DNA of 64,000 bases, from NCBI RefSeq assembly GCF_018977255.1, contig NW_024704744.1, positions 16,430,001-16,494,000 of the forward strand. Direction: 5' to 3'. The stretch's first letter is position 1, and every line of letters begins with the position of its first letter. The position numbers and the translations under genes are program-made. The notes below the pieces were generated by a model. The model made no database searches. It was not told the origin of the DNA and saw only the letters and a list, made by a program, of their open reading frames with translations. Shown one piece after another: positions 38,146 through 51,565 of the stretch. This DNA comes from Callorhinchus milii (lineage: Eukaryota).

Positions 38146-39639
38146 AGGAAACATTTGGGGGCAAGAACAGACTTCCCATTAATACATCTAATACTCACAG
38201 ATAATGTTGAAAACTGTGCCTTGGGTCCACATTTATAAATATTGTTAAGTCTCTTATATACAGCAGTTAAAATTGATTCTGCAGTTAAAAACACTTCCAC
38301 TGCGATTTTATATGTTAAACAAAAGTCTTCCAGCTTCCATAGCACAGAGGACATCAATCTTTGCTGACCAATCTCAGCAGGTCCTTTAGGGTGATATACA
38401 ACATACAAGTATGTTTTTGGTCAGCCGCATCTCTGACACATTCAGAAAACTATCACCATCTTTAAGAAAATCCAAACCACACTGTGAGCTCCACTGTGTA
38501 TGCCACCTACATATGGAATTTCCAATGTCTGGAATGAAATATGCATTCTCTTCACACCTTGCTTGAGCTAATCCCAGAGAGTGTTAGCCACAGTTTGGCA
38601 AGATCCAAGGCTTGGAGACTCCAGAGCGTAGGTTTACTGCTGGAATCTAACCAGCTAAAACTGCATAGCTGCCAAAGAGAGCACTGTCTGGCCATCTTCC
38701 TACTGCTTGTCCAGCTAGGACTAAGCACATCATCTTGGAGTCAGCTCAAGTCCAAGGGCACCCAATTTACCTCCCCCACCCAAGGAGGTTTCGCCCACAA
38801 AATATACAATTAATTCACTTTGCAGTATTTTCTGTGAAGCGTTGGGAGGTGTCTTGAAGAAGTGATAACGCTAAATCAAATGTAAGGATTATTTTTCATT
38901 ATAGTTACTAGCGTGTTATTTAGCACAGGTTCAAACTCACAGTAGTGGATAGTAGGTATCAGGAACTCAATGAGAGTAAATACATTAGAGCATTGCCACC
39001 ATCCTCCTGCCTGCAGCTCGGACACATCCCTACTCATTGAACAATAGTTCCACTAGTTCGAGGTGTTGAGCTTTCCAAAAAAATCTTCACAGGGAAAGAA
39101 GAAAGTGTGTTAATGCAGGATGCTCTTGTTCGTCTCCATGTAGCCAACAGAAGAGAGCAGATACATGGGAGCAGGTCACCTTTTGGCTATGGCATTGGAT
39201 GGGGGTAACAAGATGCCCCAAAGAGAGGAAGACAATGAACCAAACAAGAAGGGAAAGACACTGGAAAGTTCATGTTCATAAATTGTTTTCTTTCAGTGAA
39301 AAATAAATGAGTAAGTTACCTGGTAGTTCAGTCAGTTTCACTTTCTAGGGTTTGGGACCAGAAGGCTCTGTGTTAGAATGCCGGTTGTTTACAATGTTGG
39401 TCAAATGAGTTCTGAGTTTAATTGAGGTCCGGATAGGCCAAGTATTGGGTTGCTTCCAGGAGAGTGTTGAAGATTGCATTTAATTCCAAGCCATCTGCTC
39501 TCACATTGGGTCCAATATATTGTGACCTATGAGATAATCACACATCTTTAAACAGTCCATATCCCAACAGCCTCTTAATTATTTACAGTGGAGCTAATGT
39601 AAAGTCCTTTACTGCTATTAAATCATCCATCTTAGTACA

Positions 39640-39812
39640 GATTGGGATAAAACTTGAGCCTTTCTAAGTTTCTGTGGTTGTGATTCACTCTCGGAATGGC
39701 TTTAGCATTCTGGCACCAACCCTTGTAAAGTGTTCCGAGATGTTACTCTATTTGAAGGGCACCGTATAAATGCAAATTGTTGTTGTTGTTAGCAACCCAG
39801 TCATCAGAGGAA
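39640..39812 (-). mobile_element. LF-SINE-like 5' end split by a plus-strand L2 tail (39708-39790)
   Basis: gggataaaacttgagcc..aacccagtcatcagagga resembles a reversed LF-SINE-like head; ttagca duplicated at 39702-39707 and 39789-39794. Confidence 0.5.
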
Positions 39813-41007
39813 TTGAGGTGACTTTTTTGATCAGTGTGAAAACCTGCTTTGAAAATCATTCTTCAGGTACAGTGAGGCCTTACGTGAGCTTCAATAAACC
39901 ATTATCAAAGTTGTAACACTCCATTTGACATTGTTTCAATTAACATGACCTTGAAAACCTTTTAAGCTGTACATCATTGGAAGAAGCAACAATTCAATTT
40001 CTCTCACAGACCAGATGGATCGTTACTGTTTGCAATAAAAAGCCAATGACCAGTCGTAAATCCAAAGATCGTCAGAATCAGTCAGAGCTCAATGGTCCTG
40101 CCGTGTGACAGATCCGAACAAATCACAGGACTTCATAGACTCATCAGTCTGTCACTGGTCAAGAGGTTTGATTGAGCCTCTCATTTATATGTTATGCTTT
40201 TATATAGACATTACAAAAGATAATATTCTGATTTATCCGCTATCACAGTTTCTTACCTCCATCAATCTAGACAAATGGCCCACTCACATCTAACTAATGC
40301 TATTCAATCTTCTGCCAAGAAGATGTATGGTTATCAAAAAACTAGATTAATGAAATGCCGCTCTGCCCCAATCTGAGATACATAGAACCAGCAAACTAGA
40401 TCATACATGTGCTTTTCAGCTTTAAGTTTCAAATCAGATATAGAATCTACGGGACTGACCACATCAGACTGAAGTGATCATCAATTCCATTGCTATGCAA
40501 TCTAGTCTGAAGAAAAACCCTAAATAGCAATTTCTACACATTACACAGTCAATCCAATTTACAATATATTCTGTGAAACACATTGAGACGTCTCAATGAC
40601 ATGATAAGCAGCTATACCAAATGCAAGGAATATTATTATTTTTATTGTTCTGAACATGGGTGAGGCAGACATTAAGTTAAATCTTTTCGAAAGACTGATA
40701 ATTCTTAAATGTGGTAGAAGAATTAAATTGCTGCGATCTTCATGGCTCAAAAAGGAAATGCTTACTGAGATATGGCTACCTAGCAATTCTGAATCAATGG
40801 AAATGAAATGATTTTGTGACTGGTACATAACTTTCTAATGAAGGGGTCAAAATTGTAGTATTTCCAGATTCATTGGATTCCTTAATTCCTGTCAGCGATG
40901 AGCTAAAGAATGGTACATAAATTGCTGCTAAAAACAGGTCTGTAAAAATGCAAGAATTGTTATTATTATTTTTAATATCTTTATTTACCAAACCAATTTC
41001 TTTACAA

Positions 41008-41540
41008 ATAATAATAATCCTTGCATTTGATATAGCGCCTTATCACATTTTCTAGATGTCTCAAAGCGCTTCACCAAATATACTGTAAAATGAATTGACT
41101 ATATGTTTTGCGGGCGAAACGCGGCAGCCAATTGCACACAGCAGTGTCCCACAAAACAGTCATGGATTAATTGACCAAATGATTATTATTTTTTGAAGGA
41201 AGAAGTTTACAGAAGCTTACAAGAAGCTTATAGTGATATAGACCCTGAATTCATGGGGGAAGGAAAGAAGGAAGGAAGGAAAGAAAGAAAGAAAGAAAGG
41301 AAGAAAGAAAGAAAGAACTTAAGCATTTTTACAGCACCTGAGTCTGTTGAAATGACTCAATGCACGTTGATTAGTCAAAAGTATAGTGACTGTTTTGCAT
41401 GACAACCATGGCAACAATTTTGCACTGGGAAGGTCCTACAAACAGCCATGAGCTAAATGGTTAATTAATGTGGAAAATTCATGGCCAGGACACTAAGAGA
41501 AACCTCCTTCCCTTTTTGAATAGTGGTGGGATCTTTATGA
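41008..41540 (-). mobile_element. SINE 3' half (41008-41195), (GAAA)n tract (41258-41316) and older Deu-SINE (41316-41540)
   Basis: SINE tail and body motifs plus the purine microsatellite, read directly. Confidence 0.8.
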
Positions 41541-41882
41541 TAATAAAATAATAATAATCCTTACATATATAGCATCTTCCATGTCAAAGAGCTTAACAGA
41601 TATATTGTAAAGTGAAGTCACTGTGAATTTAATATAATGTGATGAATTGGGTTGATAAAGGAAAGCACAAATAGGAATGGATCCACCTGTACTGCACGGG
41701 GATCAGTTCTGCAACCTATTATTCACAATTATTTGTGAATAACTTTCACAGAGTATTATAAACGTAATGTGTTCATTGACTTCCAATAATAAATTGTATA
41801 GAAAACTAAGCTTGCAGTGAGTGAACTATAATTCAAAGTTATGTGCTCAGGAGTTGACATATGATTCAGATTCAATACTCAA

Positions 41883-42663
41883 TAACAACAACAAGATTAC
41901 ATTTGTATAGCGCCTTTCACATCGGGAAGACGTCCCAAGGCGCTGGACAGTGTACAGCATTTCAGACCTGAGCTGGGGTCAGGGGGGAGAAGGGAGGGGA
42001 GGGGAAGGCGGGTTGACCGATGGCACAGTCGAAGAGGAGGGTGGGACTTGAAGGAGGCTAAGGAGGGGGCGAGGCGGAGTGATTGGGGGATGGAATTCCA
42101 GAGGTTGGGGCAGAGTGGCTGAAGGCTCTCCCGCCAATGATGGGACGGGTGGGTCAGGGGACGTGGAGCAGGCCAGAGCCGGCTGAGCGGAGGGAACGGG
42201 CGGATCGGTAGAGGGTTAGGAGGCCGTAGAGGTAGGGTGGGGCGAGGCCATGGAGGGCTTTGTAGGTGAGGACCCGGATTTTGAACTGGATCCTCTGAAG
42301 GATAGGGAGCCAATGGAGTTGGGCGAGAGTGGGGGAGATGGGGTCATGGAGTTTGGTGCGGGAGAGGACATGAGCTGCAGAGTTCTGGATTATCTGCAGC
42401 TTGTGGAGGGAGGAGTTGGGAAGGCTGACAAGCAGTACGATTGCATAGTTGAGCCTGGATTTGATGAAGGCATGAACAAGAGTTTCAGCGGCCTGAGGGG
42501 TGAGGCAGTGGCGGAGTCGGGCGATGTTACGGAGGTGAGCGGGCATGACTTGGATGTGGGGAAGAAAAGACAGTTGAGGGTCAAACAAGACACCTAGGTT
42601 CCTGATTAGCTTGGTGAGTTGTAGTGTGCAACCATGGAGATTGATGCTGCCAGAGCCTGAGGT
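41883..42663 (-). mobile_element. Young L2 LINE, 5'-truncated
   Basis: ORF 42154-42711 [38 protein letters not shown]; (AAC)n tail. Confidence 0.95.
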
Positions 42664-43391
42664 CAATAAAGTTTCCATAACACGTTTAAGTGACAAAGCA
42701 TGAGACCTCAATGAAGCATGTAACCATGCAAAATAATAGAACAGGAGAAAATTGGGTATGAAACGTAATCGTGCATTGTAACTGTAAATCTTGAATTTGT
42801 AAATAAACTATTAATAATCCTTACATTTGCTATGGCGCCTTTCATGCCAAGAAGAGAAGAGAGGTCTCAAAGCGCTTCCCAGAAATTTACTGTAAAGTGT
42901 TGTGTCTGTGTATTTTATAGGCGAACTTGGGAGCCAATTTGCACATAACAATGTCCCATAAACAGCCATGAAGTGAATAGAGGGCTTTGGGATTAGGATG
43001 TGGAACCTAAACACCAGCACAGACTAGTTGGATACCATGTTTCTGTGCTGTAACAATCTATGTAATTCTCTGTGTTTACATGACAAACAATGGAATTTCC
43101 AGTCATTCTTGAGTCTAATGCGTATCTGTACAGTTCTTTCAAGTGAAGATTTCCATCTCCAAATCACAGCTGGCAGATTCCTGCTTGTAACCACAATAAT
43201 TCACAGCAAGGATTCAGGTTGCAACAGTGGGATGTGAATTAAATTCTCATCAGGTGTGTAAATGAGGTGAACTGCCAGCATTTTGTTGTTTATGCACACA
43301 TTTGCAGCGAAACATCAGGCATCTCAACGTTCCTTATTGCCTTGTTAATTCTTTTAACACCACATTGCAACTTGAGCTCGTAGTCCAAGGT

Positions 43392-44915
43392 AACAACAAC
43401 AACAACAAGATTACACTTGTATAGCGCCTTTCACGTCGGGAGGACGGCCCAAGGCGCTGGACAGCATTTCAGACCCGAGCCGGGGTCAGGGGGGAGAAGG
43501 GAGGGGAGGGGAAGGGGGGTGGCTGATGGCATGGTCGAAGAGGAGGGTCTTGAGGCGGGACTTGAAGGAGGCTAAGGAGGGGGCGAGGCAGAGTGATTGG
43601 GGGATGGAGATCCAGAGGTTGGGGGCAGGGTGGCTGAAGACTCTCCCGCCAATGGTAGGGTGGGTGGGTCGGAGGACGTGGAGCAGGCCGGAGCCGGCTG
43701 AGCGGACGGAGTGGGTGGGTTGGCAGGGGGTTAGGAGGTCACAGAGATAGGGTGGGGTGAGGCCATGGAGGGCTTTGTAGTTGAAGACCAGGATTTTGAA
43801 CTGGATCCTCTGAAGGATAGAGAGACAATGGAGTCGGGCGAGAATGGGGGAGATGGGGTTACGGAGTTTGGTGCGGGAGAGGACACGGGCTGCAGAGTTC
43901 TGGATTATCTGCAGCCTGTGGAGGGAGGAGTTGGGAAGGCCGACAAGCAGGGCATTTGCATAGTCGAGCCTGGAGATGATGAAGGCATGAACAAGAGTTT
44001 CAGCGGCCTGAGGGGTGAGGTAGTGGCGGAGTCGGGCGATGTTACGCAGGTGAGGGAAGGCAGAGCATGGCTTGGATGTGGGGAAGAAAACAGTTGAGTG
44101 TTGAACAAGACACCTAGGTTCCTGACTGGCTTGGTGAGTTGAAGTGTGCAACCATGGAGGTTGATGCTGCCAGAGCCTGAGCCAATCAGGAGGGCCTCAG
44201 TCTTGTTCACATTCAACTGTAGAAAGTTTGCCCTTATCCAGGACTTGATGTCCGACAGGCAATCTGTCAGGACAGCAGTGGTCCTGGAGTTGAGGGTGGA
44301 GGCAGAAAGATAGAGTTGGGTGTCAGCCGCATACATGTGGAAGTTGACCCCATGTCTGCGGATGATGTCACCAAGGGGGAGCATATAGATATTAAAGAGC
44401 AGAAAGCCAAGGACAGAGCCCTGGGGGACGCCAGACATGACAGTGCAGGGGCTGGAGGAGAAACCATTAGAGGCAACAAAGTGGAGACGGTGAGAGAGAT
44501 AGGAATCGAACCAGGCAATGGCAGGTCCGCAAAGATTAAGTAAGAAGGAGAGGCGGTGTATGAGGATGGAGTGGTCGACAGTGTCGAAGGCGGCAAAGAG
44601 TTCGAGGAGGACGAGGAGTCAGAGGGAGCCCTGATCACAGATGTTCAGAATGTCATTAGTGACTTTGACCAGGGCTGTTTCTGTGCTGTGGGCAGCGCGG
44701 AAGCCGGATTGAAGGGGTTCAAAGAGGGAATGGCGAGAGAGAAAGGAGGGGAGCTGGGACGCGATGACTCGTTCCAGACCTTGAAGAGGAATGGGAGATG
44801 GGGCGGTAGCTGGAGAGTAGTGATGGGTCCAGGGAAGGTTTTTTCAGGATGGGGTGATGACAGCTGTTTTTAGGGGGGTGGGAACTGAACCGGTTGACAA
44901 GGAGAGGTTGATGAC
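43392..44915 (-). mobile_element. Young L2 LINE, longest copy (about 1.5 kb, most of RT), frameshifted
   Basis: ORFs 44719-44952 (ILKKPSLDPSLLSSYRPIS), 43905-44438 ([17 protein letters not shown]), 43486-44151 ([14 protein letters not shown]); stem-loop and tail. Confidence 0.96.
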
Positions 44916-45439
44916 ATCGGACCTTCAGTGCAGTGATGTGGGAGGGCTGCATTGACAGATATACTGCCCTTCAGATGAAACACTAAACCAACTTTTTGAT
45001 AATTTTCACTATTTGTGTACATTCAGAAGTGTACAATTTACAGGTCCTGCATGGTTTCTTGAGCGGAATGAAGCTCATAAAACCCAAGGAAAATGGTCAC
45101 TTTTGTGCTCACAAGAGCTATTGACAATATAGTTTTTTTATTCTGCCTGAAAGTACACATTAACTGCAGCTCCAATCCACTAATCTCCCCGTCGCTTTAC
45201 AATTGGCGTGCAGTCATTTTGCACTTTATGTCACATACAGTCTACCATAATTCACAGCTTGATTTTTAACATTTAACAGGTTCTGAGGGAGAAACAGTGT
45301 CTCAGGTTTCAGTAAATCTGGCCAAAAACCTTCAAGGATTATGTTGGAAAAGCCTCTCAATTGTGTGAGAGGAATTCCCGTTTATTTGCCTATTTGCCTG
45401 TTTGCTCTTATGAGAACCTTCTAACTCCTCATTCTTAAT

Positions 45440-45676
45440 TAAGGACGCTGTGCCTTCAGCCACTATGCCCTGAGGTTCTGGAACTCCCTTCCTCACTCTC
45501 TTCGCCTCGCTCTCTCCCTTCCTATTTTCAGGTCTCTGCTGAAGACCTTTCTTTTCGACCGCACCTTTGGTCACCTTCCTCCCCCTCCCTCGGTCCCGGG
45601 ATCCGTTGCTGTGAAGCGCTCTGAGATGTCGTCCGGTGTGGAGGGTGCTATATAAATTCAAGTTGTTGTTGTTGTT
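45440..45676 (+). mobile_element. L2 3' end
   Basis: gccttcagccactatgccc..gcgctctgagatgtcgtccggtgtggagggtgc(GTT)n. Confidence 0.85.
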
Positions 45677-46779
45677 AATTTGGTGCATTAACACACATGT
45701 TTACCACTCTTTTGGCTAGATGGGAAATGGCATAACCACAGCACAGAATTGCAGACGGGAACAATGAAGGTTCAAACGCAGTGCTGAGGGAGCTGATATC
45801 AGGCAGGCCAAGTGGTCCACAAATGGCCCTGGGTTAGGGGTGGGATTATTTAGACAGAGTTCCTATTCCTGGGGAAGAATTTCCACCTTGTTCTAGATGT
45901 ACTTGTTTTCTTAGTATTTCAGACAATGCAGAATTTGGCAAAATTTGATTCTCTATTTCGAAACTGGCTGCCTCTAGCTCTTAAAAAGAGCTAACAGAAA
46001 ACTGGCTTCAAAATTTAAGATTGAATTTAAGAATTTTCCAAATTCTGGATGCCCCTGAATAAATCTAGACTAAATCTAGAATAAATCTCTGCGATATAAA
46101 TGCAATCCAGAGGCTTACTTCTGGGTGGTTTGTGTTGCGTATGTGAGGACAGACTGGGCTCGGAGGAGTTGCATCCCAGAGTTTAATACTTCATGGTCAA
46201 GGCATATATTGTTAACCCTCATTGTCAAGGCATATACATGAATAATGGCTGTATTTTCCAGGCATGGCAACAATAAAAAAAGGTAATTTAATATTATTCC
46301 AAAAGCAGTTTGCCTTCACAAAATTTGTGCATTAAACTAATATATTGTTTAATTTTGTACAATTTGATTGTGTTTATCTAGAGAATGCTGCATCTGACAA
46401 ATATACTACTGATAACCAACTGATGGCAGACTCTGCACATTATTTGACTAAAAAATATTATATGATGTGGGTGGAAAACTGAAATTCATGGCTCATTGGA
46501 GGCAAATGATCTTGTTACAAATATGTTTTATGCACAGATGTGATCATGGCAACACAGCTGAAATGTAATTATAAATAGAGTCATGGGATTAAATATGAGG
46601 GCTTGTAGATTTAAATAAATCCTTCACTGAAAAACATACTTTTAAAATCCTGACTATTTTTTTTCATTAAGACGCAGTGTTACAAACTTGATATCCTGAA
46701 TCTATCCCTGATGTCATTGAAAGAAACCTATTTACCTTCACCTGCCCGTACACAGGCACTACATTCCAACAATCCTGCA

Positions 46780-46960
46780 AATAAAATTGGTCGTTCATGT
46801 CATGGCTGTTTGTGGGACATTGTTGTACGCAAATTGACTGCTGCATTTGCCTACAATATACAAAGCCAAGCCAGTACACTTTGCAATATATCTTGTGAAG
46901 CGGGTTGTGACAACCTCCTGACTTGAAATGCACTATATCACATACAGGGATTATTATTTG
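46780..46960 (+). mobile_element. SINE 3' half (old)
   Basis: catggctgtttgtgggacattg..caaattgactgctg..gggattattatt. Confidence 0.75.
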
Positions 46961-46987
46961 TAGAATTTATTCTTTATAAATAATATA

Positions 46988-47292
46988 AATAATAATAATC
47001 CTTGCATTTGATATAGCACTTTTCACATCTTCTAGATGTCTGAAAGCACTTCACAGCATTTACTGTAAAGTGAATTGACTGTATATTTGTGGGCGAAACT
47101 TGGCAGCCAATTGCGCACAGCAATGTCCCACAAACAGTCGTGGATTGAGTGACCAATTTTTTTCTTTCTCTTGAGGGATTATTATGAGGCACGTGGAGTA
47201 AGGAAACTTGCCCAAGGTTTCGCCCTGCTGGGAATCGAACCCAGATCTTGCTTGTGAGGCAAGTGCTCTAACCATTGAGCTGCAGGACTCCA
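46988..47292 (-). mobile_element. Young tRNA-derived SINE, full length
   Basis: A/B boxes, body, TAGAA-loop tail. Confidence 0.92.
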
Positions 47293-47489
47293 TCTTGTGA
47301 CGCGCTGTGATGTTTCAATGATGTTATATGCAAGGTACTATAGCAAGTGAAAAGATTATTATTATTAATGAGGATCTAAAATGTAGAATCTTTAGCAGTA
47401 TTCCTTGATAAGGACATTTCCACTGAACTCCAATAGTAGATTGTTTCAGAGCATAATTCTCACCATTGGATGTAATGTACTTGTGGAGT

Positions 47490-47842
47490 GCATCATCAAT
47501 CTCATCCTCGCCCAGCTCCACTGGTTTCCCCCACCCTCAGAGGATCAAGTTCAAAATCCTCATCCTCACTTTCAAGGCGCCCCACGAGCCTTCATTATTT
47601 CTGACCCTACCCTTTGGAACACCATCCAACAGTTGCTTTGCCTCCCCCTTCCACTGCCTCCTTCAAGACTCTCCTCTTCGACCGTGCCTTCGGTAACCCT
47701 CCTACTCTTACCCTCCCTGCCCCCCAGCCCTCCTGATCCTAATCCCCAGCTCGGGTGCACATCCTTGACTGTCCACCGCCTTGGGACGTCCTCCTGACGT
47801 GAAAGGTGTCATACAAATGCAATTTGTTGTTATTGTTGTTGT
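47490..47842 (+). mobile_element. L2 3' end with internal deletion
   Basis: [14 protein letters not shown] motif; gccttgggacgtcctcctgacgtgaaagg stem; (GTT)n. Confidence 0.85.
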
Positions 47843-50059
47843 TCTGATTGGGGGCTTGAATCCACATTTGTGCAACTCTGATTCTGTATTAAGCATGTCA
47901 CTAAAACTTTTTGCTTTTTAGATTCCAGTATTGTTTAAACTCCAGGGCAAAGTGTTCTCCACCGATAACTTAGAAGGTTTCAGGAAAAGAATTCCGCCTA
48001 GAGAAATCCTGTGATTTTGTGAATAGAATGGATACAATTCAGTTCAGAATTACATTTTAATAACAGAACATATGATTAACCTCAATGAACAGTAATTATT
48101 GTGATGTTTTTGCGGCATTTCAACTTGATAACACAGTACACAAATGCAAGGATTATTATTTTATTAATAATAATTTTGTGCCATTATTCAATATTGTTTG
48201 CTAAGCTAGGTGTTGAAAAGATGGTATTTTTGGTCAGCTGGGCAGAATTCTTGCTTAAGAGTATCCAAACCAAACTGTGTGTTCCACACATGTATGCCAC
48301 CTACATATGGAGATGTCTGGATTGGAGTGCATACTCTCTCCCTGCAGGGACACATCCTGCTTGTCACCTTGCAACTAGCTCAGCTTCAAGGAGACACAGC
48401 TTGCCTTCTCCTCTATCCCCCCAAAGGAGGATAGTCAAAAGTAATCACTCACTGAGCTCATGCGTACATTGAACAGATAGATGAAGAGGCAACAGTCCAA
48501 CCTATGATACCATCTGAGGAACAGCACAGAGATGGAGGAACAATATCAATTTGGCTATAAATTGAACACATTGTAGTGGTTTTATTGTTTTGACTGAAAG
48601 TGTTTCAGAAAAAATCAGGTTTTCTCAAATATGCCAGTAGCAATTTAAGCTGGGATTTATTCCCAAATAACATAAAAGCGGGAGTTAATAAAAGAGGATA
48701 GAAGATGGTAAAGTGATGAATATGAAACTGATCCCAAGGGTATAAAGCATTGGATAGGTTGTGAATCTCACATGCATCTAAAAGCCATGTAGGTACTGCT
48801 CACAAAAAGGACAAATTGTCTTTAACAATGTACCATCGAAAGAAGTCTATATATCGCACTTCTGATTCATTATATTTCATGAGTTTGACAAAAATTGATA
48901 TCAAAAGAAACATTTATTTTTATTATGTTACTACATCAATTGTCTTTTATTGTGGTGAACTGTGAAGGCAGAATGCTGTTTCTGATAAGTGATTTTTATT
49001 TCTCTCTAGCAGGTTTTTACAATCAGATTTGAGGTTAGAAGTTTGTCCATCTCCAGCCAGCATAGGTTTTACTCTCATTGGGACTGCCCGAGAACAGGCT
49101 GAGATGAGAATACCCTACCCACAGGTATATGAAAGGTCTGTTTGCAATTCAGAGCAGGAATCAGACTGCATCAAAATGCTGGTGAAATGAACATTCGCAT
49201 AATTACACTTGTAATCCTTTGAAAAATCTTCCTGATGTGGAAGGTGCTATGTCAAGTAAAAAGATTATTATTATTACAGTTTAAATCACTGTAATAATAA
49301 TAATAATAGATAGTTTCTAAGTGGTTTTCAGTGATAGGTCAGACAGACCAACAATACTGCCACATTATATATGAATGGATGTTACGCTTCTCAGTATATT
49401 TGAACTTCCCAAAATAACTGCTTTCTTCAGGAGGTGGACATTTTGTATATCAAAGCTGTAGGTTATCACCAGTATTGCAATCGCATTAATAGCAAACATT
49501 TTATTTATGGCATTTAAGTCTATTTTAAGTACGAAACATATTCTTATATATTCAGAAACAATTTTCAATCTCATGCCTTTATGATTCATTCCATCACTTC
49601 ATTTTGATCTAATTATTTTATTTTGGTCTAACTGGATATTATTATTACCTAAACATTCCTTGCTATTCATTTTTAGACCACACTGTCTAGCTCCACCCTG
49701 AGATGATCTTCCCCCTACCAGACCAGTGTGACATTTTCCATTTTCCACACTAGCTATCCTATGGTTTCTCTGGATGACGTTGACAATTTATTTGCAACTT
49801 AATGGCTGTGTGCCATCAGTATCCACTAGGTATCCAAACTCATAGCAAGTACAGCCAATAGATAGACAGAGAAGACTTTCATTCCATCAATTCACCCAGA
49901 AGTTACACCAAATTGATTAAACTGTGTTGTTGAACTGAGACATTAGTATGAGCACCATCTGGCCTGTTTTTCTCTAATTTGTTCCATACAGAAGTGATAT
50001 AAGTTTTTTTGGTCTATGGAAATTAAGTGAGGAGGGCATTGAGCTTGGGTACCATTCAC

Positions 50060-50320
50060 TTACAAAATACCCATTCACTACACTTCACAGCAAATAATCC
50101 TGTGAAGCGCTTCTAAATTCCTCCTGATGTGAAATGCATTATGTCAAATGCTAAAATGCAGGGATTATTTTAATAATAATAATGTTTGCATTTGATATAG
50201 CACCTTATCATGTCTTCAAGGCGCCTGACAGAATATACTGTAAACTGAATTGTGGGCAAAACGTGGCAGCTAATTGTGCACACCAGCATCCCACAAACAG
50301 TCGTGGAATTGAGTGACTAA
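50060..50320. mobile_element. Tail-to-tail SINE pair (plus 50060-50170, minus 50172-50320)
   Basis: tgcagggattatttt|aataataataatgtttgcatttgatatagc. Confidence 0.75.
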
Positions 50321-50839
50321 ATTATTATTATTTTAAGATTTTTGGGGGGAAGAAGAAGCAAATCTTTTCTGTTACCATGGGAATGAGGGAGGGAGGAGGA
50401 GAGGCTGAGAAAGGGGTTTGAGTGGTAATAGAGAGAATGGAGGTAGTGAGGATGGGGCCAGTCACAATGATTGCCAGGAGCAGACAGTGGAAGGAGCAGT
50501 TTATCCAAAAGAAAATTGAAGAGAACCTAGGAGCAAAACATTAACCTGGAAATAACATTGTTTGTAATATCCACGAGTTTGCAGGTTCAAGGCTGCACAG
50601 CTCAAGTAATTGTTAAATGAAGCCAGAAAATTCATGATTTGATTTGATTAAGTTTGATCAGTATTTCTTTAATTATTTAGTCAAGTAAATAAAGCAATTA
50701 TTAAAATCAACTGCAAAGACCGATTCAATGTATGTTTATCAAATCCAGTCAGGAACTGATTCAATTATTTAAAGTAGTCAGTGTCTCTACTGCTCATTCA
50801 TATAATTTAGTAACTTATTCAGTAATTAAATCCAGTTAG

Positions 50840-51165
50840 TGATTTGTCATGTTTTTTAATTGCCAATTTTCTCCCTTGCTTTCTCGAAACCAGTGGCAAT
50901 TCTAGTGTAGCATTCCACAGGTGTCAACCATCGCTCACCCAAGGAACTAACTCTAGGCCTTAGCAGATGGTTTTGAAAAGCTGTTTGACTGTGAGTTGCT
51001 TCCTGGTTGGACTTTATACTGTTCTTACCCAATCTCCATATACTCGCACTTCAAGGAGGGTTCCCTGGATATTGCCTGGAAGCAGCAATCCTGACCAATT
51101 TCACATCCCAAGCCCAGCATTACCAAGGCCAATTCTACTGCCCTAACTATTAGCCTGACTGAGCC
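50840..51165 (-). mobile_element. LF-SINE-like element
   Basis: ccaattttctccc..ttccacagg..ctcacccaag..gctgtttgactgtg..gcacttc..ctggata..agcccag..aggccaatt blocks are in the order of the reversed LF-SINE-like consensus (from memory). Confidence 0.6.
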
Positions 51166-51183
51166 TCAAAATATTCCTAATAT

Positions 51184-51565
51184 TAATCCTTGCATTTGAC
51201 ACACTGCCCTTCGCGTCAGGAGGGCATTGCAAAGCACTTAACAGGATATACTGTAAAGTGTACTAACTGTGCATCTTGTGTGGCATATGTAGCAGCTGAT
51301 TTCGTACACGGCCAAGACGTGACTGACTAATTTCATCTGGAAGATTGTTGGCCAGGATATTTCTTTTCGAGTAGTGCCGTAGCATCTTTAATGACTACCT
51401 GAACAGATAAACAATATGTTGGTTTAACATCTCATTTAAATGATGGTATCTCCAACAATGCAATATTGTATTGGAAGGTCAGCTGACACTAAAAGTCCTG
51501 ATGGGGGGCTTGAAACAACAACTTTCTGACTCAGGGATGAGAATGCTACCAAATTAGCCTGACTG
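51184..51565 (-). mobile_element. Deu-domain SINE (old)
   Basis: Tail, ttggccagga, ggtttaacatctcat, actttctgactcagg head. Confidence 0.8.

Noticed and set aside
40080-40160. Minus-strand TGATGA..CTGA segment as C/D snoRNA or hammerhead ribozyme
   Set aside because: C box lacks the leading purine, the terminal stem is only 3 bp, and there is no GAAA after a stem II for a hammerhead.
43486-44952. Long ORFs (up to 221 aa) as host genes or an active LINE
   Set aside because: They are frameshifted pieces of one 5'-truncated L2 with the catalytic YADD changed to YAAD; the antisense ORFs are by-products of its composition.
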